A stretch of DNA of 64,000 nt from Candidatus Cloacimonadales bacterium (lineage in GTDB: Bacteria; Cloacimonadota; Cloacimonadia; Cloacimonadales; JAIOQZ01). The stretch covers positions 2,848,001 through 2,912,000 of the forward strand of contig CAXXTU010000002.1 in assembly GCA_963662655.2 (NCBI GenBank), written 5' to 3'. Positions within the stretch are counted from its first letter, which is position 1, and each line of letters opens with the position of its first letter. Below the pieces are notes generated by a model. It saw nothing but the letters and a program-made list of their open reading frames with translations, was not told where the DNA came from and ran no database searches. Below are positions 52,904-61,059 of the stretch, in pieces. The position numbers and the translations under genes are program-made.

Positions 52904-55048
52904 CTATTTCAAGAGAAGCATCTTGCGCGTAAGCGCCTGATTCTCCGTTTGAAGCTTGTAGAAATATACGCCACCGGAAACCGTCTCGCCCTGCTCATTT
53001 TTACCGTTCCAGGTAACGGTGTTGGCGCCGGAAATCTGGCGACTGTTCAAGAGTGTTTTCACCTTCTGTCCCCGAACGTTGTAGATGCTGAGATTCACGT
53101 GACCGTCCTTCGCAAGCGAGTAGGAGATCGTCGTTTCGGGATTGAAGGGGTTCGGGTAATTCTGTCCCAAGTCGTTCGCGAAGGCCGGGCTTTCGTCCGT
53201 ACCGTCGACTCCCTCATAGTTGAATGTGATATCCAGAGACATGAAGGAAAGCTCCCCGCCGTCGTTGGTTCCGTTTCCGGCAACGTACGATCCATGTGAA
53301 TGGTCGTCGAAGAATCCCAAGCGAAGAAGCCCGTGCTTGTTACCCTGATTGTCGGTATAGAGGTATTCAATCTTGTCCGCCGGATAGATGTAACATGGAT
53401 TCAGGCCGACCAGCTCGGGAACGTAATTTCCGTCGTCTGTCTGATTGTTCGCATGCATCCGGATGGGGTCCGCCCAGGTTTCACCGCTGTCCATGGATAT
53501 CGCGATGCATATCTCGGGTTTGTCCATCCAGCTATCGTAACCGGAGACACCGTCATGAGCAAGTTTGGAATAGAGCGCATCCTGCCATACAACAGCCAGC
53601 CAGCCTTCGTCATCGTTCTGGGATATCTTCCAGTTGTTCTCATCCCATGCGTCCTCCGAATCCCAGTAATAAAAAGGCCAGCCAAGTTCCATCGTTACAT
53701 TACCCTCGTCGTCATACTCGTCTACAATACCGTTTTCGTCTAAATCCCAAGGAATCATAGGAGTGTTGTCTGAAGGATGCGCTCCCTTTGGTGAAAGGTC
53801 AGAGAAGAAGAATTCCCCTTCTTGAAGATCAAAACCGTAAACTTTGGCATACGTCAGGTTCAGGAACCATTGGAAAGAACCGTCGTCATTGTCTCGTCTC
53901 AGCGCCATGTTACCCGGAAAGAACAGCTTCGAATCGTTTACCAGTACCGAATTGAAATTCGTGCATTTCGTAAACGAGAAGTAGAGGTTGTCATAGGGTT
54001 CTCCGGATGTCTCTGCAAATACCCATTCTCCATTCTGGTTCTGTATGTTGTCTTGCGGGAACCTGTAATTCTGGATGAATTCAGTGAATTCTCCTTCTCC
54101 ATAATTGTCGTTTTTATATACGTAAATTTCCTGTGTCGAATTCGAGTAGCCGACGAAACCGACTGTGCCGCTATCTTCCGTCACGAAGAAGGTGTGGTTC
54201 CCCTGATAGAACTCGGGGTCGGGAACATCCCATGCGTCCATCTGAGCGACGGTGTTGTAGCGCCAGTTCAGGTTGGCTAGGTTGATGCTCTGGTCGTTGC
54301 TGTTGTAGTCGGCGTAAGCGATAATCGGATTGTGCGCCGCATACCCGCTTTCGTGCTCGGTATAGTTGTTTGCTACGACATACAGCCTCTTGTAAGGAGC
54401 TTCGAGAGGTGACGGGCCAATGTGTACGTACGGCCAGTTGTATTCGTTGTCCTGGCGCGGGAACACCTCGGCGCATGCCTCGATATCGTCATCAATAATC
54501 ACCTCGGGAACCACCAGAACGCCAGGGAATCCCAGCAGATGGAAGCTGTCGTAGGATATGAGGATTTCCTGCATTCCGTCGTTGTCGATATCGCAGTGCC
54601 ATACGAAGAATGGATCCGCAAGATCGCTGTCGATTGCGAGCCCGGGGTAACCTTCCCTGATGTCGGATTGCCCCAGGTAGTTGGTGGAATAGAATTCGTC
54701 GTTCTCGTCAAAATAAGTAGAATATACTCTACGCTCGGCGGAAGAGGTTTCCGTTGCGTGATAGACGAAATAGAATCCGCCAGCATCGTATCCGCCTGAG
54801 CTTGTCACCGGCTGCAAACAAAGAGGCTCGCCATTGTAACTTCCGGGCATATAATCGTAATAGGATGTCTGGAATCCAACCGGAAGCGTAACAAACTGCC
54901 ATTCGGGCGCGAAACGTCCTCTGGTCGGTGTTTTGATCTTGGTATAGTCGGCATTGACAGCATCGCCGGAGAATGTTGCCTGATGCGCCAGAAGTGTGGT
55001 AAACGCCATGATCAAGGACAGTGCGAATATAAATCTTCCTGCTTTCAT
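52904..55048 (-). CDS. Secreted protein with T9SS-type CTD (acidic, possibly beta-propeller/BNR-like)
   Basis: Signal peptide, SMDSGETW Asp-box-like motif, QNYPNPFNP...GVYFYKL...KMLLLK. Confidence 0.88.
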   Translation of the reverse strand: MKAGRFIFALSLIMAFTTLLAHQATFSGDAVNADYTKIKTPTRGRFAPEWQFVTLPVGFQTSYYDYMPGSYNGEPLCLQPVTSSGGYDAGGFYFVYHATETSSAERRVYSTYFDENDEFYSTNYLGQSDIREGYPGLAIDSDLADPFFVWHCDIDNDGMQEILISYDSFHLLGFPGVLVVPEVIIDDDIEACAEVFPRQDNEYNWPYVHIGPSPLEAPYKRLYVVANNYTEHESGYAAHNPIIAYADYNSNDQSINLANLNWRYNTVAQMDAWDVPDPEFYQGNHTFFVTEDSGTVGFVGYSNSTQEIYVYKNDNYGEGEFTEFIQNYRFPQDNIQNQNGEWVFAETSGEPYDNLYFSFTKCTNFNSVLVNDSKLFFPGNMALRRDNDDGSFQWFLNLTYAKVYGFDLQEGEFFFSDLSPKGAHPSDNTPMIPWDLDENGIVDEYDDEGNVTMELGWPFYYWDSEDAWDENNWKISQNDDEGWLAVVWQDALYSKLAHDGVSGYDSWMDKPEICIAISMDSGETWADPIRMHANNQTDDGNYVPELVGLNPCYIYPADKIEYLYTDNQGNKHGLLRLGFFDDHSHGSYVAGNGTNDGGELSFMSLDITFNYEGVDGTDESPAFANDLGQNYPNPFNPETTISYSLAKDGHVNLSIYNVRGQKVKTLLNSRQISGANTVTWNGKNEQGETVSGGVYFYKLQTENQALTRKMLLLK

Positions 55049-55062
55049 GTTTCCTCCCTTCC

Positions 55063-55794
55063 TTAGCGAACAGGTTTCTTACCTATGATGAAAAGTCGCG
55101 CGGACGACCCCAAGCCGTGCCTGATGAGTCTCTTCTTGATGCGCTCTTTCTCAATTCCCAGTTTTACGTAATCTGGATGGTTCTTGATTCGCTCGTGGTA
55201 AGGATCAAGGATGGCAATTGTTTTCTCGACTGCTTCGACGGGCGCTTTTTCTTTATAATCTATGAGATAGAATTCAATGTCTTCGAGACCAAGGCTGCCG
55301 GCAAAACGCTCGAGGCGTTCGCGACTGTAGGTGGCGTGATGAGGAATCCCAACGCGTCGATCGATCTGCGCACACCAATGGTGCATGAATACGTGATTCT
55401 TCTGCGCTTTAGACTGGTCGCCGTCGCGGAACATCTCCGAAATAAAGATCAGGCCCTCGGGTTTTGTCACGCGCAGCATTTCGTTAATGACTCTTTTCGG
55501 TCTGTCCATGTGATGCACGGAGTTGGATATTGCAACGATGTCGAATTCTCCATCGGCAAAATCCATCTTCTGGGCATCCATTTTAATCGCCTCGACCGGT
55601 GCGTCCTTGAACTGCTGGTTGCTAAACGCGATCGCTCTTTCTTCGCTGTCGATCCCGACAAACTTGTTGAATTTTCCCAGGCTCGGCATCATCATCGCGA
55701 TGAATTCTCCCCTGCCCGTCGCGACATCCAGAATTTTATCTGCGGAAATCCCCTTCAAGCGCTTTTCCAGTCTCTTCATATCGTTGGCTTTCAT
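55063..55794 (-). CDS. Class I SAM-dependent methyltransferase
   Basis: ILDVATGRG, GID, MDAQKMDF...FD, HH..EMLRVTKPEG. Confidence 0.9.
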   Translation of the reverse strand: MKANDMKRLEKRLKGISADKILDVATGRGEFIAMMMPSLGKFNKFVGIDSEERAIAFSNQQFKDAPVEAIKMDAQKMDFADGEFDIVAISNSVHHMDRPKRVINEMLRVTKPEGLIFISEMFRDGDQSKAQKNHVFMHHWCAQIDRRVGIPHHATYSRERLERFAGSLGLEDIEFYLIDYKEKAPVEAVEKTIAILDPYHERIKNHPDYVKLGIEKERIKKRLIRHGLGSSARLFIIGKKPVR

Positions 55795-55989
55795 GATTGA
55801 TTCCTCCACACTTTTTCCTGCTGTTCGCTCTGTCCCATTATCGTACAGCCGTCAATCAAAATTCCGCTGGACAGATTTCGGGGCAATGAAACAACTTGGT
55901 GTACAGGTAATAAACATATTGAAAGTGCCATCTCGGGATCGTTATTGGTTGCTATCGGGTTGCTGAAGGTGATTCCGGAATTTTTAGAC

Positions 55990-56111
55990 AAAAAAAAAGA
56001 AAAGGGGAGGAAATCGATAGACAACAAGCTTTGTGGTCCCAGATATGTCTTGTTTTTTTTGATCGTAATGCTTGCTGCCTTCATCGTTTCCTCCGTTTCT
56101 TGTTCCGGCAA
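55990..56111 (-). ncRNA. Candidate sigma54-dependent small RNA or structured leader
   Basis: Starts just after a -24/-12 element; long hairpin 56094-56006 followed by a U-rich tract. Confidence 0.45.
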
Positions 56112-56121
56112 TTTATACGTT

Positions 56122-56137
56122 TGCACGGGCCGTGCCA
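56122..56137 (-). promoter_or_regulatory. Sigma54 -24/-12 promoter
   Basis: Minus strand TGGCACGGCCCGTGCA, i.e. GG-N10-GC. Confidence 0.7.
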
Positions 56138-56254
56138 CTGAATTCCATTCATTTTTATCTCGTTTTTTTGCAAGCTTTTGCGTATTGGCGTGTGCTTGTT
56201 TGTGTGGAATTGGCTCCGTAGGGCTTATGAGCAGCACGTAAAAATCCATGTCTT

Positions 56255-56270
56255 TTCCCATATATGGGAA
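56255..56270. promoter_or_regulatory. Palindrome TTCCCA-N4-TGGGAA, site 1
   Basis: TTCCCAtataTGGGAA. Confidence 0.65.
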
Positions 56271-56447
56271 CGCGAAAAACTGAATGGTTGGCTTTTGATG
56301 AAAGTTGACGGGATGTAATTCTGCGCCCCACCCCCTTCTCGATGGTCGTTTTCGAGCGCAAGAGATGTGCTGGTTTCTTTTATAACAACGTTTTTATGCT
56401 TCTTGACTGCATCGCACAGCGCGGACCTTTCAATGTTGGCAATACTA

Positions 56448-56463
56448 TTCCCATATCTGGGAA
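56448..56463. promoter_or_regulatory. Palindrome TTCCCA-N4-TGGGAA, site 2
   Basis: TTCCCAtatcTGGGAA. Confidence 0.65.
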
Positions 56464-56757
56464 TGCCATCGTCTCACGTTTGGTGAATATCCTGTAACGG
56501 AGCGCATTCTTGTGCTACGCATGCACGCAAGTCCTCCTAGATATCCATGCTTGAATTCTGCTTCAGTCCTGAAAGGGAGGGTGTCCAGGTTCGCGCATTA
56601 TGAGTGTATAAATGGTAAAATACTTGAAGTTATCAAGGCAGAGGTCTGTGCTGGGGGGCGTAAACAAGCTTCTTATCCAGGCATGGATTAAACGATTTCG
56701 ATTTGTCGGTATGAAGGTGATATTGTCATTCCATTCATTTTGCATACGGAGAGGTTG

Positions 56758-56773
56758 TTCCCAAATATGGGAA
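56758..56773. promoter_or_regulatory. Palindrome TTCCCA-N4-TGGGAA, site 3
   Basis: TTCCCAaataTGGGAA, 3 bp beyond the activator stop codon. Confidence 0.65.
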
Positions 56774-56776
56774 TCT

Positions 56777-59700
56777 TTAGATGTCCTTTTTGTTTGCGAG
56801 AAGCCGGTAGAAGGTCGACTTGGTCAGCCCCAGCTCTTTCTGCACTTCTTTAGCGGAGCCGAGGCATTCCTTGCGCCATTGCAGATATGCGGAAACCAGA
56901 TCTTCCACGGTAGCGATTCCTTCCGGATCTACCTCGAACGTGTCGGGAGCGCTATCGACGGGGAAGTTGCGCGGCATGAGAAGCATCTTGTAGACCTTGT
57001 TCTCCAGTTCGCGGATGTTTCCCGACCAAACGTCCTTCGTCCACAGGTTGATGGTTTCGTCGGGAATGCCGGTCACGACCAGATCCGGCTGGATCTCCAT
57101 GAAATTCCGGGTAAAATGTTTCACCAGAAGCGGAATGTCCTCGAGTCGCTCCCTCAGAGGCGGAACGTTCACCTGAAACGCCGAGATGCGGTAGTAGAGG
57201 TCCTCGCGAAAGAGGTTGTTCTTCACGTCCTGGTACAGATCGCGATTGGTGGCAAAGAGGAAGCGAGCGTTGGAGCGGTGCTCCTTCTTGGCTCCGATGG
57301 GATAGTAGGTCTTTTCCTGAAGCACACGCAGGAGCTTGGTCTGCATATCCATCGGCAGATCGCCGATCTCGTCCAGGAAGAGGATGCCGTCCTCCGCGAG
57401 CGCGATTTTCCCCAGAGAATCCTTGATCGCGCCGGAGAATGCACCTTTCTTATGACCGAAAATCTCGCTCTCGAAGAGGTCCTTCGGGATCGTGCTGACG
57501 TTGAGGGATATCAGCTTGCCCTTGTAGTCGCCTTCATAGTAGATCGCCTTGGCCACGACTTCCTTGCCGGTTCCCGTCTCCCCGGTAATTAAAACGGGGA
57601 AGGGAACGTTGGCCAGCGTAACGATCTGCTTATAAATCTCCTTCATGGCCAGGCTCTTGCCCACGATTCCATGAAAATTCTCCTGAACGTCGATATCGCG
57701 CAGGCGTTTTTGCATTTCCTTCTGGTTGAGGTGCTCCAGGAATACGCCCAGAATGGACGCCAGGTTTTCGATATTGCGCGTGTCCTCGTCGTTCAGGGAG
57801 TGATCGCGCTTCACCGAGTGCATGTAGATCGTTCCCAGAAGCTTTCCGCCCACCACCATCGGAACGCAGAGCGCGCGATAGATGCGGAGCTTCTGGATGC
57901 TGTCGTTGCGGAAGCGGGTGGACGAATCGTATTGCAGGGTATGGTAGGCGTCCTGCGTGTATTGCAGGAGAATGTTGTTGCTGTACTCGAGCGCGCGGTA
58001 GCTCTCCTCATCCTCGTGGATGATGTTCCGGAAGGGCACGAATCGACCGCTCTCCTCGTTGTAGATAAACGGGATCACGCTGTCGAAGCGGTAGGTCAAC
58101 TGGAAGAAGCTTCCCAGCTCCCGGAGGAATTCGTCCAGGTGGGAGATAACCGAGAACTTCTCGATGATATCGTTGATGTCGAGCCGGCATATCTGGCGGC
58201 GGCGGATCTCCCAATCCTGCAGGAGGGTCTGCGCGTCTGCGGAGCGAGACTTGAGGCCCATACCGTTGTAGATTTCCATGGCGTTCTGCATGAAATCGAT
58301 CGCCAGTTCGGGGTTTCCCATCCTTTCCAGGGCGAGGCCGGTCCAGTAGTAAGATTCCGCTCTCTCGTAACCGCTTTTCGATTCGATCTGCGTCGATATT
58401 CGTATCAACTCATGATACCGCTCCTCGAAAAAGAGGTCGATGATCTTCTGATAGGGCTTGGTTGCCACGAATCGCTCGCGGTTCCAGCCGAACCTTGCCG
58501 AGTAGCGCTTGCGGACATCTTCCGGCGCAAAACGGTAAATGAGGTAGATCGTGTTGTCGTCGTCGCGCTGGAAGTAGGAGGAGAGTTCTCTCGCGTTCAG
58601 GTCAATGAGCTTCTCCAGCCAGGGCTCGAAGGTGAACTCGTGGTCGTAGAAACTACAGATAAGGTAAACCTGTATCATGTAGGCCGTCGCGTACCCGTGT
58701 GACTGACGGATGCGCGAGATGATGCGCTCACGGCAGACATCGTAGTTCTCGCGTAGCATATCGTGATACACCTGCACGGAGGTGAAGTGGGTCTGCATGA
58801 CCATGGGAAGGTATTGTATGGATATCTTATCGTAGAAATTCAGGATCAGTTCGATATCCCTTACGCTTCGCTGCGCGGTGTAATACAGATAATAGAAAAG
58901 CAAGCGCCCGATCTGGTATTCAGAGCCGATCAGAAGCGACAGAACGAGCAGGTAGTCCAAAAATTCGTCCGCCAGACGAAGCCGGGGTTTGGCTTTGCCG
59001 AGTGTGTTGACGAACTCCTCGGGATCGGTGTTGGTCGCGATCAGGTTGGAGAGCTTGACGAAAACCTCGCGATCGAAGCTTTCCGGCGAAACGTAGCACA
59101 GGATGTCGATGTAGTGATACAGCATGACCTGCGTTTGGGGGTGAAGCTTCTCTCGTCGGCAGAATTCGTTGATTCCCTTCAGGTCCTTCTTCTGATAAAG
59201 CGAACGTATCGTCTCGATCTGATCCAGCACCGCCGTGATCTCGGGTGACATGTTCCGCTTCAATTCGGGCGTGATTTCAAGGTCGTCGTGCGTGATGAGC
59301 TCGGTGAGGACGTTGATGTTGTAGATGTATATGTTCATCTTGCCGATGATATTGGGCGTCAGTTCGTTCTTCGCGATGAAAAAACGGAGCAGTCGCGCGG
59401 CAAGCGTGTAGTTACGGGTCAGGAGATACCTGTGCAGGACAAGGAAGTCGTCGACGTGCATCTGTGCGAGCACGTCGAGCTGCGCGCTGTCGGCATAGCG
59501 CAGCTTTCCGAGCAGGTCGGCGCCGAGGGTGACGTATTGATCGAATCTCCATTCTTCCAGCGACACGCGAAGCTTTTTCGTGGTCTCCACGATCGCTTCT
59601 TCGGACGATGTGGGAGCCTGTTCCATGTGAGGCAGGATTATCTTTCCGTCATGCCAGGTGATGCCGGATTCTTGTATGATCTGCTGAAGGGGTACGTCGT

Positions 59701-60568
59701 GGTTGGCGTGAACGTGGAAGTTTTCGATATCTTCCGCCCGTTTGAAGGGGAGCTTCAGGCAGTATTTACGGTACAGCTCGAACGTATCCTTGTAGCTGAA
59801 CTGGTCCGTGTAGAACAGGTCCGATATCCGCTGATGGAATTCGAGATAATTGCTGTAGGAATCCTCGTACGGCAGGATGAGCACTTGATCGTGCTGCGAG
59901 AATCTGCCGATCCACTCGTCGAGGTCCTGAATGCGCGACCAGGGATCAACGGCCAGGAACTTGTGGGTCAGGCGGAAAATGGGCGACGTCTGAGGCAGGT
60001 GCAGTCCCTGATCCTGCTCGACCTTCTCTTTCACCTCGTCCGGGCTGGAGTATAGCGACGCGAAAATCAGGGCGATCGTATAGAGGTTGGACGCCCAGGA
60101 CATCCGTCCCTTGATTTGTTCAGGAGCAGCCCACTGCGGAGTTATCCGGCTTTCGTGCGGCGTGAGATCGATAATGCCGATTTTGATCTGCTCGCCCTCG
60201 CGCCGGATGCGAATATGCTCCGGCTTCATATCGCCGATGAAGGTTTTGTGATATTTCAGGTAGCGCACGAAGTGAAAGAGCTTCTCCCACAGGATGGGGA
60301 TGTCGTCGGGGTAGCGCTCCATATAGATGTTGATGGGCAATCCCTCGAAATATTCGTACTCGAAGCGCGCGCTTTTTTCGTCGAACCTGTACTTTGTCAG
60401 CGGGACAAAGTAGGGGTGTCGGCGCTGCTGAAAGAAATCTACCTCTGCCTTCAACTGCGAGCTGACAAGCACTCCGGGATTCGTATAGTACTTGACGATG
60501 CGCTTGCCGCTCGATGTCTTTTTCAGGTATATCTCAACCGTGTCTTTCTTTTTCAGGTAGTATTTCAT
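56777..60568 (-). CDS. Sigma54-dependent activator with degenerate Ser/Thr kinase-like domain, helical/TPR-like region, GAF, AAA+ and HTH
   Basis: IGDMKPEH..IIDLT..WAAPEQ; RALCVPMVVGGKLLGTIY; GETGTGKE, FESEIFGHKKGAFSGA, LFLDEIGD, REDLYYRI, WSGNIRELEN; ELGLTKSTFYRLL. Start taken as MKYYLK after AGGA. Confidence 0.9.
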   Translation of the reverse strand: MKYYLKKKDTVEIYLKKTSSGKRIVKYYTNPGVLVSSQLKAEVDFFQQRRHPYFVPLTKYRFDEKSARFEYEYFEGLPINIYMERYPDDIPILWEKLFHFVRYLKYHKTFIGDMKPEHIRIRREGEQIKIGIIDLTPHESRITPQWAAPEQIKGRMSWASNLYTIALIFASLYSSPDEVKEKVEQDQGLHLPQTSPIFRLTHKFLAVDPWSRIQDLDEWIGRFSQHDQVLILPYEDSYSNYLEFHQRISDLFYTDQFSYKDTFELYRKYCLKLPFKRAEDIENFHVHANHDVPLQQIIQESGITWHDGKIILPHMEQAPTSSEEAIVETTKKLRVSLEEWRFDQYVTLGADLLGKLRYADSAQLDVLAQMHVDDFLVLHRYLLTRNYTLAARLLRFFIAKNELTPNIIGKMNIYIYNINVLTELITHDDLEITPELKRNMSPEITAVLDQIETIRSLYQKKDLKGINEFCRREKLHPQTQVMLYHYIDILCYVSPESFDREVFVKLSNLIATNTDPEEFVNTLGKAKPRLRLADEFLDYLLVLSLLIGSEYQIGRLLFYYLYYTAQRSVRDIELILNFYDKISIQYLPMVMQTHFTSVQVYHDMLRENYDVCRERIISRIRQSHGYATAYMIQVYLICSFYDHEFTFEPWLEKLIDLNARELSSYFQRDDDNTIYLIYRFAPEDVRKRYSARFGWNRERFVATKPYQKIIDLFFEERYHELIRISTQIESKSGYERAESYYWTGLALERMGNPELAIDFMQNAMEIYNGMGLKSRSADAQTLLQDWEIRRRQICRLDINDIIEKFSVISHLDEFLRELGSFFQLTYRFDSVIPFIYNEESGRFVPFRNIIHEDEESYRALEYSNNILLQYTQDAYHTLQYDSSTRFRNDSIQKLRIYRALCVPMVVGGKLLGTIYMHSVKRDHSLNDEDTRNIENLASILGVFLEHLNQKEMQKRLRDIDVQENFHGIVGKSLAMKEIYKQIVTLANVPFPVLITGETGTGKEVVAKAIYYEGDYKGKLISLNVSTIPKDLFESEIFGHKKGAFSGAIKDSLGKIALAEDGILFLDEIGDLPMDMQTKLLRVLQEKTYYPIGAKKEHRSNARFLFATNRDLYQDVKNNLFREDLYYRISAFQVNVPPLRERLEDIPLLVKHFTRNFMEIQPDLVVTGIPDETINLWTKDVWSGNIRELENKVYKMLLMPRNFPVDSAPDTFEVDPEGIATVEDLVSAYLQWRKECLGSAKEVQKELGLTKSTFYRLLANKKDI

Positions 60569-60692
60569 CGCATTCCTGCCCAGTTTGAAACAGTATCTTA
60601 GGATTCCGATGTTTCGTGTCAAAGGTTTTATTAAGGGAGCATAGCGAACGATGTGAAAGAACATTCTGATCGGAACTCGATGGGATGGCTTT

Positions 60693-60708
60693 TGGCACCG
60701 AACGTGCA
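60693..60708 (+). promoter_or_regulatory. Sigma54 -24/-12 promoter
   Basis: TGGCACCGAACGTGCA, i.e. GG-N10-GC. Confidence 0.65.
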
Positions 60709-60851
60709 TATTAAAAAACGTGTATCCAGCCTCAACCATAGGGGGGATGGGGCGGATGCCTGGATTAACGGTAAAGTCTGTGCGTCAATATGAGATAATG
60801 CCTATATAACTTTGATATGAACGCATGCGATTCATAATTCCTGCTCGATTC

Positions 60852-60893
60852 GCTGTCGGATTGACGCATACCACAATCCGGCAGCCTTTTTTT
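60852..60893 (+). terminator. Intrinsic terminator upstream of the ABC permease
   Basis: GCTGTCGGATTG-N10-CAATCCGGCAGC then C and T7. Confidence 0.75.
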
Positions 60894-61059
60894 ATATTCT
60901 GCACCTCATCCATAAAATGTTCATAAACGGACACTTGGAATTCGCAATCGAACGAAACAAGCTGAATGGACGATCCTGCACTGCCGAATCATTTGGAATC
61001 ACTTGTGCATAGGAGAAGCCGGAGAGAAGAGGAAATAAAAAAAAAGAGGCTACATCAAT

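Noticed and set aside
60569..60739. 57-aa N-terminal extension of the sigma54 activator in the ORF track
   Set aside because: It overlaps the divergent promoter region; ATG 60568 has an AGGA RBS and begins the kinase-like domain.
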